NCBI RefSeq assembly: GCF_004010195.1
Contig: NC_057711.1
Location: 70,419,839 to 70,471,017, forward strand
Direction: 5' to 3'
Source: Chiloscyllium plagiosum
Taxonomy: Eukaryota
DNA: 51,179 nt
The translations under genes were made by a program, and so were the position numbers. Under the pieces are notes generated by a model, which saw only the letters and a program-made list of their open reading frames with translations, did no database searches and was not told the origin of the DNA. The first letter of the stretch is position 1; each line of letters opens with the position of its first letter. Positions 10,663 through 21,450 of the stretch are shown one piece after another.

Positions 10663-12237
10663 CCATTTGATTCACCATGCCTAAAAGGTGCTGTTCATCA
10701 TAACATGATTCAATGTCTGGTATTTGGCTTCCTTGGATCTTTTGTGAGTGCTTTTATTCTTAGCTGGCATAGGAATGTAATAACCATTGTGGAGAATTAA
10801 CATTTCTCATTCAGTGTAAGGCCTGCATTCTGTGCTGCATTTAACATGTCCCTGAACCTCTGGTTAAGTTTCTTCTTCATTTTATCATGCGCTATGATGT
10901 CATCTATGTTTTCAGTTTTAATTCCAAGTTTCTACAGATTGTCTTTTGAAACATTTCTGACACAAGAGGGGATTCCAGATGATAAACACTGAAGCAAGAT
11001 TGCCCAAATGCTATAATAAATATAGTCAGCGTTTTTGACTTATGATCTGAGAATGTGTGTTAGAACTTACTGTCAGCATCCAGTATTTTGAAAAACTTGC
11101 TTGCAGCCTATTTTGCCAAACTAATATTGAGAAATGACGTTGGATAGATTTCCTCCCTAACCTCTTTGTTTAAGTGAGTGAGACTCACATGCAATCTTAG
11201 TTTGCCATTTGGGCTGGGAGCAGTTAAGAGCTCTTAGAACCATTGTAGTGCTAACTTTGACCCCTCATTCCTTCATGCTGTCTGAAATTTTACTGTTCCC
11301 AGATAAAAAAATGAAAAATTTCCTGAGACTGTACAAGCAGGCAAATTTAGCAATTTGCTGGACAGTAATTTGATGCTCCTGCTTCAATTTACCTGAACTT
11401 TTAAATAACTTTGAAAATCTTAATACATTTCTCTCCTGTCTTATTTCTGAAGTATTTAATTCTTTCTAAGAGAACGAGACAAATTAATGCATTTCTGCTG
11501 AAAAATGAGTGATTCTGATTCCTCAGTATTTATAACGTTTGACTGAGATTTGTCCTCTTTGACTGAGGTTCATGGTGATTTGTCCATGCACCTGAAGATC
11601 TGTGCCTCCTGAACCTTAGTATCATGTTTGCTGGTCTGATTCTCAAAGATTTAAAGCTTTATCAAGCTCTCTGACAGTGTAGAAACAGCTGCTTCTTGAT
11701 TTGAAGATGCTGGTGTTGGACTGAGCTCCAGTCCAATTGCTTCCTCGTGTTTTTCAAACTCTTGCAACTTCAAGGTGATGATCCAGAAGCTGCATATTCT
11801 CTCTCTGCCCTTCACCAGGAATGTTGCCTTCACCTTTTATTATGTCATAACTTCTTGTAGTTTTTCCTGTTGCATGATGTTGATTTCTCATGAAATATTC
11901 CATTTGTAGTATCTTTTCTTTGTTTATGTGGAGATGAAGATGCAGCTAATTTACAACATTTATTGAAATGATCCAATTGGCTGATAGCACCCATCTCCCC
12001 CGACTGGATATTTATTGCACTTGTGATTCTACTTGGAGCCACATCTGATACTACCTAATATGTTGTGGTTGTGTTCGCCGAGCTGGGAATTTGTGTTGCA
12101 GATGTTTCGTCCCCTGTCTAGGTGACATCCTCAGTGCTTGGGAGCCTCCTGTGAAGCACTTCTGCGATCTTTTCTCCGGCATTTATAGTGGTTTGAATCT
12201 GCCGCTTCCGGTTGTCAGTTCCAGCTGTCCGCTGCAG

Positions 12238-12381
12238 NNNNNNNNNNNNNNNNNNNNNNNNNNNNNNNNNNNNNNNNNNNNNNNNNNNNNNNNNNNNNNN
12301 NNNNNNNNNNNNNNNNNNNNNNNNNNNNNNNNNNNNNNNNNNNNNNNNNNNNNNNNNNNNNNNNNNNNNNNNNNNNNNNNN
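12238..12381. other. Assembly gap (N run)
   Basis: Run of N inside the Penelope inverted repeat. Confidence 1.
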
Positions 12382-12781
12382 GGTTTGTGTGCTGTTATGA
12401 GTCCTAGTGGTCGCAGTAGTCTGGCTGTCAGTTCAGAAATGCTCTTGATGTATGGTAAAGTGGCTAGTCCTTCGGGTTGTGGCATGTCCTCATTCCGTTG
12501 TCTTTTCCTTAGGCATTTGTTGATGAAATTGCAGGGGTATCCCCGCAACATGAGTTTGACTGGGACAACGCTACTATTATAGGACAAGCCAAACAGAACA
12601 GCCAGGGAATTCCTAGAGGCATGGCACTCATCCACTGATTCAATCAACAAGCACATCGACTTGGACCCAATATACCGGCCACTGCAGCGGACAGCTGGAA
12701 CTGACAACCGGAAGCGGCAGATTCAAACCACTATGAATGCTGGAGAAAAGATCACAGAAGTGCTTCACAGGAGGCTCCCAA

Positions 12782-12821
12782 GCACTGAGGATGTCACCTA
12801 GACAGGGGACGAAACGTCTGC
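12782..12821 (+). ncRNA. Minimal type I hammerhead ribozyme (intact core)
   Basis: GCA-CTGAGGA-T-GTC(ACCTAGACAGGG)GAC-GAA-ACGT-C-TGC: CUGANGA and GAAA boxes, stem II, palindromic ACGT stem III, stem I GCA/TGC. Confidence 0.8.
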
Positions 12822-13494
12822 AACACAAATTCCCAGCTCGGCGAATACAACCATAACAATGAGCACCCGAGCTACAAATCTTCGCACAAACTTTGAACTA
12901 CCTAATATGGTTGATGATATTAATTCCTGCTATTTTGGTATTTTGGTGAGCTTTCATCAGGATGACAATGACAGCTGTGGGACCTAACCAACTGAAAGCT
13001 TCAGAAAAATCCCCAATGTTTTCTCTCAGATCTGATCAATTTTAGGCCTTGATTTCTGCCTCCAAAAATTAGATTGCTGTTCCAACATTAGACCCTCCTT
13101 GGATTGAAGAAAGTCTGACAATATCTCATCTCTTAACTGGACTAATATGAGGTCACAATTCATTCATCCTTCAAAGCTCTGTATTCACATATCCTGCTAG
13201 GATGTATAAATCCAGTAAAAAAGGCTTCAATTAATTCGCCCAAATACCGAGATTACTGATTAACTCTCACTATTCTACTATTACATTTCTTTCGGACCTA
13301 CAATGCCTGTCAAATTCATTAGTCAATGCATCATACAGCATTGCACATTCTTCCATACTTTCTCTTACCAGAACATTAGCAGCTTTGGACCTCACCATAT
13401 AAAAATGTGAGGATTTGATTCTTTCAGTGTAATCCAAGCTGTTCTATAGCACTGCAATTACCAATTCCACATTACCCACTTAATTAGCTAATAC

Positions 13495-13910
13495 ACGTAG
13501 GAGCAGAAGTAGCCATTCAGCCCATTGATTTTGTTCCATCATTAAATGGGGTCATGGCTGATTTGATAATCCTCAACTCCATAGATTCATATAGTGCAGG
13601 AAAGGTCCTTTGGCCCATTGAGTCTGCATTGACATAACTACCACTAGAAGTGCACTAATCCCAACTTCCTGCACTTGTCCCATATTCCTGAATGTTATGA
13701 TAGTTGAAGTGCTCATGCAAATATTTTTTAAAGGTTGTAAAATTTCCAGACTCCATGACCTTCCCAGGCAGTGCATTCCAAATTCCCACCACCCACTGAG
13801 TGAAAATGTTTCTCCCCACTTTCTTGCCTTTTTGTCATAACATTTGATTCCCTTACTAATTTAAAAAATCCATCTATCCGAGATTTGAATGTATTTAATG
13901 ATTTAGTATC
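13495..13910 (-). mobile_element. Nested old CR1 3'-end fragments
   Basis: Two CR1-type 3' UTR tails (TAGGAGCAGAAGTAG..CATTCAGCCC; CATAG..GGCCCATT) with C-terminal ORF2 remnants. Confidence 0.65.
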
Positions 13911-15824
13911 TTCAGTCATAGAAATGTACAGCACGGAAACAGACCCTTTTGTCCAACTCATCCATGTCGACCAGATATTCTAACCCAATCCAGTCCCATT
14001 TTCCAGCACTTGGCTCATATCCCTCGAAACCCTTCCGATTCATAAACTCATCCAAATGCCTTTTAAATGTTGCAATTGTACCAGTCTCCACTGCTTCATC
14101 TGGCAGCTCATTCCATACACACACCACCCTCTGCGTGAAAAAGCTGCTCCTTAGGTCCCTTTTAAATTTTTCCCCTGTCACCCGAAACCTATACCCTGTA
14201 GTTTTGGCCTCCTCCCACCCCCGAGAAAACACCTTGTCTATTTACCGTATCCATGCCCCTCATGATTTTATAAACTGTCATAAGGTCACCCCTCAGCCTC
14301 CGACGCTCCTGGGAAAACAGCCTCATCCTAGTCACCCTCTCCCAATAGCTCAAATCCTCCAACCCTGGCAACATCCTTGTAAATCTTTTCTGAACCCCTT
14401 CAAGTTTCACAGCATCCTAATAGGAGGGAGACCAGAATTGCACACAACATTCCAAAAGAGGCCTAACTAACATCCTGTACAGCCATGAAATGACTTCCTA
14501 ACTCCAATACTCAATACTGACCAAGAAAGGAAAGCTTACCAAATGTCTTCTTCACTATCCTATTTACCTGTGAGTCCTTTTTCAAGGAATTATGGACCTA
14601 CACTCAAAGGTCTCTTTCTTCAGCAATATTCCCCAGGACCTTACCATTAAGTGTATAAGTCCTGCTTTGATTTGCTTTACCACAATGCAGCACCTTACAT
14701 TTATTGAAATTAAACTCCATTTGCCACTCCTCAGCCCATTGGCCCATCTGATCAAGATCCTGTTGTACTGCAAGGTAACTTTCTTTGCTATGTACTACAT
14801 CTCCAATTTTGGTGTCATCTGCAAACCTACCTACTAAACCTCCAACGTTCACAATCAAATAATTTATATAAATGACGAAAAGCAGTGGACCCAGCACCAA
14901 TCCTTGTGGCTCACCACAGGTCACAGGCCTCCAGTCTGAAAAGACCACCACCACCACCCTCTTTTCTACCTTTGAGCCAGTTCTGGATCCAAATGGCTAG
15001 TTCTTCCTGTATTCCGTGAGATCTAACCTTGCTAACCAGTCTCCCATGAGGAACCTTATCGAACGCCTTACTCAAGTCCATACTGATCTTGACCACCACT
15101 CTGCCCTCATCACTCCTGGTTGTTACTTCTTCTAAATTCTTGGTCAAGTTTGAGAGACGTGATTTCCCATGCACCAAACCATGCAGACTATCCCTAATCA
15201 GTCCTTGCCTTTCCAAATACACACAAGTCCTGTCCCTCAGGATTCCCTCCAACAACTTGCCCACCACTGATGTCAGGCTCACCGGTCTATAGTTCCCTGG
15301 CTTTTCCTTACCACCTTTCTGAAATAGTGGCATCTCACCTGTGACTATTAATGATACAAATACCTTAGCAAATGGCCCAGCAATCACTTCCTCAGCTTCC
15401 CACAGAGTTTTAGTGTACACATGATCATGCCCTGGGGATTTATCCACTTGTATGTGTTTTAAGACATCTACCATCTCCTCCTCTGTGATATGGACATTTT
15501 TCAAGATGTCACCATCCATTTCCTCACATTCTATGTCTTCCATATCCTTCTCCACAGTAAATACTGATGCAAAATACTTGTTTAGTATCTCCCCTATCTC
15601 CTGCAGTTCTACACATCAGCTGCCTTGCTGATCTTTGAGGACGCTATTCTCTCCCTAGTTAACCTTTTGTCCTTAATGTATTTATAGAATCTCTTTGGAT
15701 TCTCCTTAACTCTATTTGCCAAAGCTATCTCATGTCCCCTTTTTATCTTCCTGATTTACCTCTTAAGTATACTCCTACTGCCTTTATATTCTAAGAATTC
15801 ACTCAAACTCTGCCATCTATAACC

Positions 15825-15927
15825 CTATTCCTGAAGAAGGGCTTATGCCTGAAACGTCAATTCTCCTGTTCCTTTGATGCTGCCTGACCTGCTGTGCTTT
15901 TCCAGCAACACATTTTTAAGCTAAGTG
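15825..15927 (+). mobile_element. Penelope-type mini-insertion, family A, with hammerhead core
   Basis: ATTC-CTGAAGA-A-GGGC-TTAT-GCCT-GAA-ACGT-C (core 15831-15858); TSD TCTATAACC at 15816-15824 and 15928-15936; inside CR1. Confidence 0.85.
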
Positions 15928-16115
15928 TCTATAACCAACATATACTTCCTTCTTTTTCTTAACTAAAACCTCAATTTCTTTCATCATCCAGCATTCCCTA
16001 TACCTACCAGTCTTCCCTTTCACCCTAACAGGAAAGTACTGTCTCTGGACTCTCTATCTCATTTTGAAGGCTTCCCATTTTCCAGCCGTCCCTTTACCTG
16101 CAAACATCTGCCCCA

Positions 16116-16181
16116 GGAGAAAGTGCCTGTCTCCCCAATATAGAGGAGGCCACACCGGCTGCAGCGGATGCAGTAGATATG
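16116..16181 (-). mobile_element. 66-bp Penelope GIY-YIG fragment joined to family A 3' terminus
   Basis: Minus strand reads IYCIRCSRCGLLYIGETG then CACTTTCTCC; TSD CATCTGCCCCA at 16105-16115 and 16182-16192. Confidence 0.85.
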
Positions 16182-16739
16182 CATCTGCCCCAATCAACTT
16201 TTGAAAGTACTTGCCTAATACCGTCAAAATTGGCCTTCCTCCAATTTAGAACTTCAACTGTTATATCCTGTCTATGCTTTTCCATCACAATTTTAAAACT
16301 AATAGAATTATGGTCGCTGGCCTCAAAGTGCTCATCACAGTCACCTGCCCTGCCTTATTTCCCCAAGAGTAGGTCAAGTTTTGCACCTTCTCTAGTAGGT
16401 ACATCCATATACTGAATCAGAAAATGTTCTTGTACACACTTAGCAAACTCCTTTCCATCTAAACCCTGAACACCATGGCAGTTACAGTCTGTGTTTGAAA
16501 AGTTAAAATCCCTGACTATAACCACCCTATTCTTCTTACAAATAACTGACACCTCCTCACAAATTTATTTCTCAATTTCCCACTGACTATTGGGAGGGTC
16601 TATAATATAATCCAAATAAGGTGATCATCCCTTTCTTATTTCTCAGTTCCACCCAAATCCCTTACCACATACACACACTCACACCCTTCGCCTCCTATCC
16701 TTCCTGTAGCATTTGTATCCTGGATCATTCAGCCGCCAG

Positions 16740-18260
16740 TTGTAGAGATAGTGAAAGGACGAGTGAAACAGGGAATCCTGAAAGCAAGCACGAGTACAAC
16801 TAATTCCCAGATGTGGCCAGTCATAAAGCCTGATGGGAGCTACAGGCTCACCATCGATTCTACAGGACTAAATAAGGTCAGCCACAAATTGCACCACATT
16901 GTAGCAGAGCCCTCCACCATTTTAAATGACTTGGCCCTCAAACACAAGATTTTTACTGTTATAGATGTAGTCAACGGGTTCTGGTCTATCTCAGTGATTC
17001 CCAGAATAACTTCGCTTTTACAGTAAGGGACAGGCAATACACGTGGACTCTGGATTAGTGGTGCTGGAAGAGCACAGCAGTTCAGGCAGCATCCGAGGAG
17101 CAGTAGCCACAAGGGTTCCACAACAGCCCCACTATTTTTCGCAGGGTGATGAGCGACATTCTGAACAGAGTAGATTTACCAGAGGGTTGCACTTCCCTTC
17201 AATATGTAGATGATCTCCTAATTGCCTCAGAGTCCGAGTCAGGACACCAGGAAGCTTTATTTCTAGTATTACAGGAATTGGCGACCACAGGGTTATAAGT
17301 TAGCCCCACAAAGTTACAAATTGGCAAAACACAAGTCTTATACCTGGGACACCTTATATCCCAGGCACTCAAAGAAATGCCCAATGACCACAAGAAGGCA
17401 ATCCAACTGCCACTGTCAGGGGCATCAGAAAGGTCCTGGAACTATTTAACTACAGTCGGAGCTTTATACCAGAGTTCACAAAATTGGCTGAACCAATCCA
17501 GAGATTAATTAAAGGAGGCAAGCCCGCCTTGGAATCTGTAACCTGGGGACTAGTACAGGAAGAGGCATACAGTCAGCTTAAAACTCAACTCATATCAGCT
17601 CCCAGGCTAGGGGTGCCAGATCCCAACAAGGATTTTCACATCCACTGTAACAATGAGGGAGGATTTTACTCCACAGTGGTCACCCAAGGCCATGGTAAAA
17701 GGAGAAGGCCCATAAGGTGCAACTCAACAACAGAAGGGTCAGTAGTCACCGGGTTGCCCAGGTCCATAGCAGCCTTAGACTGTACCGCTTGGGCTGTTAG
17801 GGTTAGCGAGCCCATAGTAATGACAGGGAATGTCATCCTCCACACTAAACTCGCCCTAGTAGAGATGCTAAACACAAGGAAACTGAGGGTCGTCTCCAAT
17901 ATGAGAAGTGCAAAGTGAGAGGCAGTTCTTTTACCCTCAAGTCAGTCCATGGTAATAGTTAGGGATACGGGAGAAAAAATAGCTGAGGGAATTCTAGATA
18001 CAGGGGAACCGCACAACTATGGAAATATAGATGGAGATGAAGATGGGGGAGGGGGTGGGGGAGAATAAAGGATACCACCCTAGACACAGCCAAGGAGACC
18101 CTCTTTGTGGATGGGCCAAGAAAATATGTACCAGACTTTGCCCCAAAATGGAAAGGACCATACGATTTGGTAAAAAGTGGGGACACCTGTGCCTGCAGAG
18201 ATATTAAAGGAAAAGGTACATGGAAGCACTGGACCCAACTAAAACCGTTTAAAGTCTCCA
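16740..18260 (+). pseudogene. pol: ERV pol remnant (RT, tether, internally deleted RNase H-integrase)
   Basis: NSQMWPVIKPDGSYRLTID, FTVIDVVNGFWSI, PQGFHNSPTIF (17107), QYVDDLLIAS (YVDD 17203-17214), VLYLGHLIS; LFVDG (~18101-18115) followed within ~10 codons by integrase C-terminal FAPKWKGPY...WKHWTQLKP. Confidence 0.92.
17049..17105 (-). mobile_element. Family A Penelope-type fragment inserted in ERV RT
   Basis: TCTGGATTAGTGGTGCTGGAAGAGCACAGCAGTTCAGGCAGCATCCGAGGAGCAG splits YTWT from PQG; homologous to 35384-35411 region. Confidence 0.8.
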
Positions 18261-18305
18261 GTGACCAAACTAATGTCATTGACCATTCCCCAGGTGCAGA
18301 TAGAA

Positions 18306-19884
18306 ATGGCGGACAAGATGGCCATCCTGGGAGGAGTACAGACAACACAACCAAACAAACCACACAGAAGCATGACTGCACCGCCTGACAAAAACAAAGA
18401 CTTTGACTGATACATTTTTCAGTTAAATAAAGTTATATACCTGTGTGTATTTTACTGTGTTTAAGTGTCATGACTGTTGGGAGCATGTCACGATTCGAAA
18501 TAACCTCTTCAAAAAACCCACCTAAGCTTGCATGGGAACCAAACTGTCTGCTACCCACTGGCGCGAGCAGTGGAATCCCTATTTGTGGGCCCGGGTGTCA
18601 TCCCCTCGCGACCGGTATAAGGTAGACACCTCGGGAATGCCATGTAAGAGGCAGATAGGGATATACAAACGGGGACTCCAGGGTAGATGTGTGCTGCTGG
18701 GCAGGACCACTGGCTCATGGGGCTGGATCCCCCAGCCTAGGGAAAGGAAAACTTATTTAAAACCCAGTAATTACCCACTCGGTTTCACAGGGCAGGGATG
18801 GGGATGCGTTTATGCCCTGGTTCCCAAAAATGACTCATGCGTCCGGACACAGTGCACTTATCAGCACTGTACAGTCACCAAGGGCCAGTTCACCTGCACC
18901 TGCAGTGAGCAGACATTCCTGAACATGACTGAGGGCAGACAGTTCACATGTGGTAAGTGCAATGGCACCCATGTCAACTCTACCACATGGATGTTACCTA
19001 TTCAACATTATCAGCTGGTGGGGGAGTAGGGGGGCATCTGGGGGATCAGGAGCGACATGGGGTGACAGACAGACGGAAGGACAGGACAATGTATGTTACC
19101 GAGTGGCGAAGGGATTTGTTTAAGGCGACTTATACGACAGACACCCCAGACCTCCCAAACCTATTCGCGGTAGGGACAATTGCTCCCCTTACTGCACTGT
19201 GTCCCAGCGGGGGACATGTTCGGAGAAGGTCAGTGACATGTTCCATCAGCCAGGAGTTCTGTGCTGACTGGCAGGTCACCACTACTTTGGGGTCATCATT
19301 GGGAAACAGATTCTCAAGATCTCTATCTTTGGGGGGGGGCGCAGCAGGGGTCATCTGCACTAAAAAACGAAACTAACTTGTATGTGGCCTGACTATCGTA
19401 GGCAATAATACCACAAAAGCTCTGGAAGTAATTAATACACAGTTGACTGAACTTAGACTCTACACACAGTAAACACATTACGCAGTGAATTATCAATTAG
19501 CACAACAAGGGCCAGTTTGTATAACTATTGGTGATAATTGTATCACCCATGTTATTGATGACTTTTATAACATTACAGAAGCCATTAAGAATATCCAAGG
19601 CCAGCTAAATAATTTTCGACAGGGAGACACAATTACAGACAGCTGGCTAAATTGGTTGATAGGGTCCTCAAGATTTTACCTATTTGACACATGGGATAGT
19701 TCTCCTCATTGCAATCATGCCTGTATTCTTTGTGGGTCTCAGGTGTTTAAAGCTCTGCTGTAAAGCGCTGACGTGAACTGTACCAGCAGCGAGTGTCATC
19801 ACGGAAGAGCCCCCAACGAAATTGGCACTCCTTAATACCCGTCGAGAGGAGGAGCTCCTCGAGATGACCTACTTCTCCATGTAA
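18306..19884 (+). pseudogene. env: ERV env (gamma-type TM), frameshifted
   Basis: Splice-acceptor-like TTGACCATTCCCCAG (AG 18292-18293), ATG 18306, hydrophobic signal CILLCLSV, Cys-rich SU, basic cleavage site HVRRR/S (~19215-19232), heptad NNTTKALEVINTQLTELR, ISD-like YAVNYQLAQQGPVCITIGDNC, membrane span GIVLLIAIMPVFFVGL, stop 19882-19884. Confidence 0.88.
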
Positions 19885-20268
19885 ATTGAGTGGTCTATGG
19901 GAGATCGCCGAAGTCACCTCCTTGACCACAAAGGGGAGAGTGAAGTGGGAGATGGCATGGGAAAGGGTGACACTAGGCACACAGACACAGAAGATGGCCG
20001 CTGAACCATAAGTTGGCCACTTGACACACAAGATAGCCGCCAGACCACAATATGGAGAGAGACAGCAGAGCAAACACAGATACTGCCTGGAACCACCAGA
20101 ATGCCAGCACAAAGCATTCACAACCTAGTTGATTAGTTTAAGGCAGGTGGGGGAGAGAATATACATGAGTAGCGTATACTGACTGAAGTATCTGGGTCTA
20201 GCCAACATTTTTAATAGAAATGCTAACAGTTTGATACGGACTCAATACAAAGTGCTAATAGCCAGGGC

Positions 20269-20680
20269 TGTCGTAATCATCCTTCTCAGGAAGAGCAATT
20301 AGCACCCATTACTATAGTAATGGACATCCAGGCAGACATTGAAACTGACAATGTCTGCGCTGAAACTGACAATGATCACACTGAAATTAACAAAGTCTGT
20401 GCTGGAACTGACAATGACTGCATCAAAACTATCAACGATTCTGCAATGTTTACAACAAACAATCTATGTTACAGAAACAATAACCTCATCACTGACTTAT
20501 TATAATCACAAAATGTATAAAAGTATCTTGACATGTGCTCCGGGTTGAGAGAAGAGTCACAGCTGACCCACTGTGCTGTTGGTGCCTTTCTCTCCCCGGA
20601 GCTCCAGTATTTCCTTGTACAATAAACTCAGTTGCTGAACCCCGACTCTGACTCAGAGGCTGGTGATTTTCCCCACAACA
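20269..20680 (+). repeat. ERV 3' LTR (412 bp)
   Basis: TGTCGT...ACAACA termini, five 21-bp U3 repeats (20340-20444), TATAAAA 20516-20522, AATAAA 20621-20626. Confidence 0.85.
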
Positions 20681-21034
20681 GCGCCAATCAATTTTCCTGT
20701 CGCATCTTTTGTTACATATGTTTACACATTTCAACGAAAATGTGAGAGGTTTGAACGCTGATGCTATCTTCACTTCTCTCTTATCAAACACTTTGTGCAA
20801 TCCTACATTCTCATTTTGAAAGGTGTTGCACAGAGTCTCCATGATCTTTACGTCCTTAAGAATGAAATTGTGTTGTGTACATGAAGAGAACACCATTGAT
20901 AATTACAGATTCTGTTCTGCTTTGTGCCTTCTATGGGCATTGACATAGTCAAGTAGGTTAAATATTCCCTCGACATCTACCAAGACTGACAAAACAAGCT
21001 TCCAGAATGTGGTAGTCACTGAACTTAGTGCCAA

Positions 21035-21078
21035 AAAGTGTGGTGCTGGAAAAGCACAGCTGGTCAGGCAGCATCCGA
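21035..21078 (-). mobile_element. Family A Penelope-type fragment (no ribozyme core)
   Basis: AAAGTGTGGTGCTGGAAAAGCACAGCTGGTCAGGCAGCATCCGA matches the family A body. Confidence 0.75.
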
Positions 21079-21179
21079 CCTTAGGTGCACAGGGCATTCA
21101 GAACAAAAACTGTTTGCCATCAACTTTGCTTCACTAGAGAGAGATAGCTGGAGATGGTTTGATCAGAAGACCCGCAAAT

Positions 21180-21450
21180 AAAATAGGAACAGAAGTAGGC
21201 TGTTCAGCTTGTCAAGCCTGCTCCGCCATTCATTAGGATCATGGATGATCTGATATTCCTCACTTTCACTTTCCTGCCTTTTCCCTGTAACTGTTGATTC
21301 TCTGACTGATCAAGAATCTATCCATCTCAGCATTAAATATGCACAAGGACTCCTTCCCCACAAGTCTCTGTAACGAGTTCTAAAGACTCACAACCCTCTG
21401 AGAGAAGGAATTTTTCATCATCTCATTCTTAAATTGGCACCATTTATTCC
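21180..21450 (-). mobile_element. CR1 3' end
   Basis: AAATAGGAACAGAAGTAGGC.. tail and FSQRVVSL motif on minus strand. Confidence 0.7.

Larger units (their letters stand above)
12063..12896. mobile_element. Penelope-like element, family C, inverted two-arm structure
   Basis: Minus arm encodes GYPCNFINKCLR...ATLPYIKSISELTARLLRPLG; plus arm encodes GIY-YIG C-terminus HEFDWDNATIIG..REFLEAWHS..SINKHIDLDPIY; 12063-12237 is the reverse complement of ~12682-12858; TSD ACTACCTAATATG at 12050-12062 and 12897-12909. Confidence 0.92.
9600..13470 (-). mobile_element. Decayed Gypsy (Ty3) LTR retrotransposon internal region, gag to RNase H
   Basis: Minus-strand remnants: gag ERNVIVE...CEYRALKDE...RDEILSDFLQSKEGL (~13090-13340); LFKSSGKLKQEHQITV (~11360-11415); RNase H TIIALDASSTGL (~10330-10370). 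Interrupted by Penelope-type inserts. Confidence 0.75.
13914..16658 (-). mobile_element. CR1 (HER1-like) LINE, most of ORF2, decayed
   Basis: DFNF, KPGNYRPVSLTSVVGKLLE, DLSKAFDKVPH, PQGLVLGPLLF, FADDTK, VQKRFTRMLPG, FFTQRVVCVWNELP; (CTATGACT)-type tail at 13914. Confidence 0.93.
16720..20680 (+). mobile_element. Endogenous retrovirus, 5'-truncated (no 5' LTR, gag or pro), pol-env-3' LTR
   Basis: Retroviral RT, tether, partial RNase H and integrase, env with immunosuppressive domain, TG..CA LTR. Confidence 0.92.

Noticed and set aside
19747..20121. 124-aa antisense ORF at the ERV 3' end (HBZ/ASP-like?)
   Set aside because: Non-ATG start, no recognisable motif, length plausible by chance; the sense frame is the better candidate.
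20140..20268. Canonical polypurine tract before the 3' LTR
   Set aside because: Only AGCCAGGGC precedes TG at 20269; the purine run at ~20141-20160 is too far upstream, so no PPT is claimed.
20340..20444. CRISPR-like periodicity
   Set aside because: Contiguous diverged tandem units without unique spacers, inside a eukaryotic LTR; no cas genes.
20320..20548. Repetitive short ORFs in the LTR
   Set aside because: Products of the 21-bp tandem repeats, which keep frames open.
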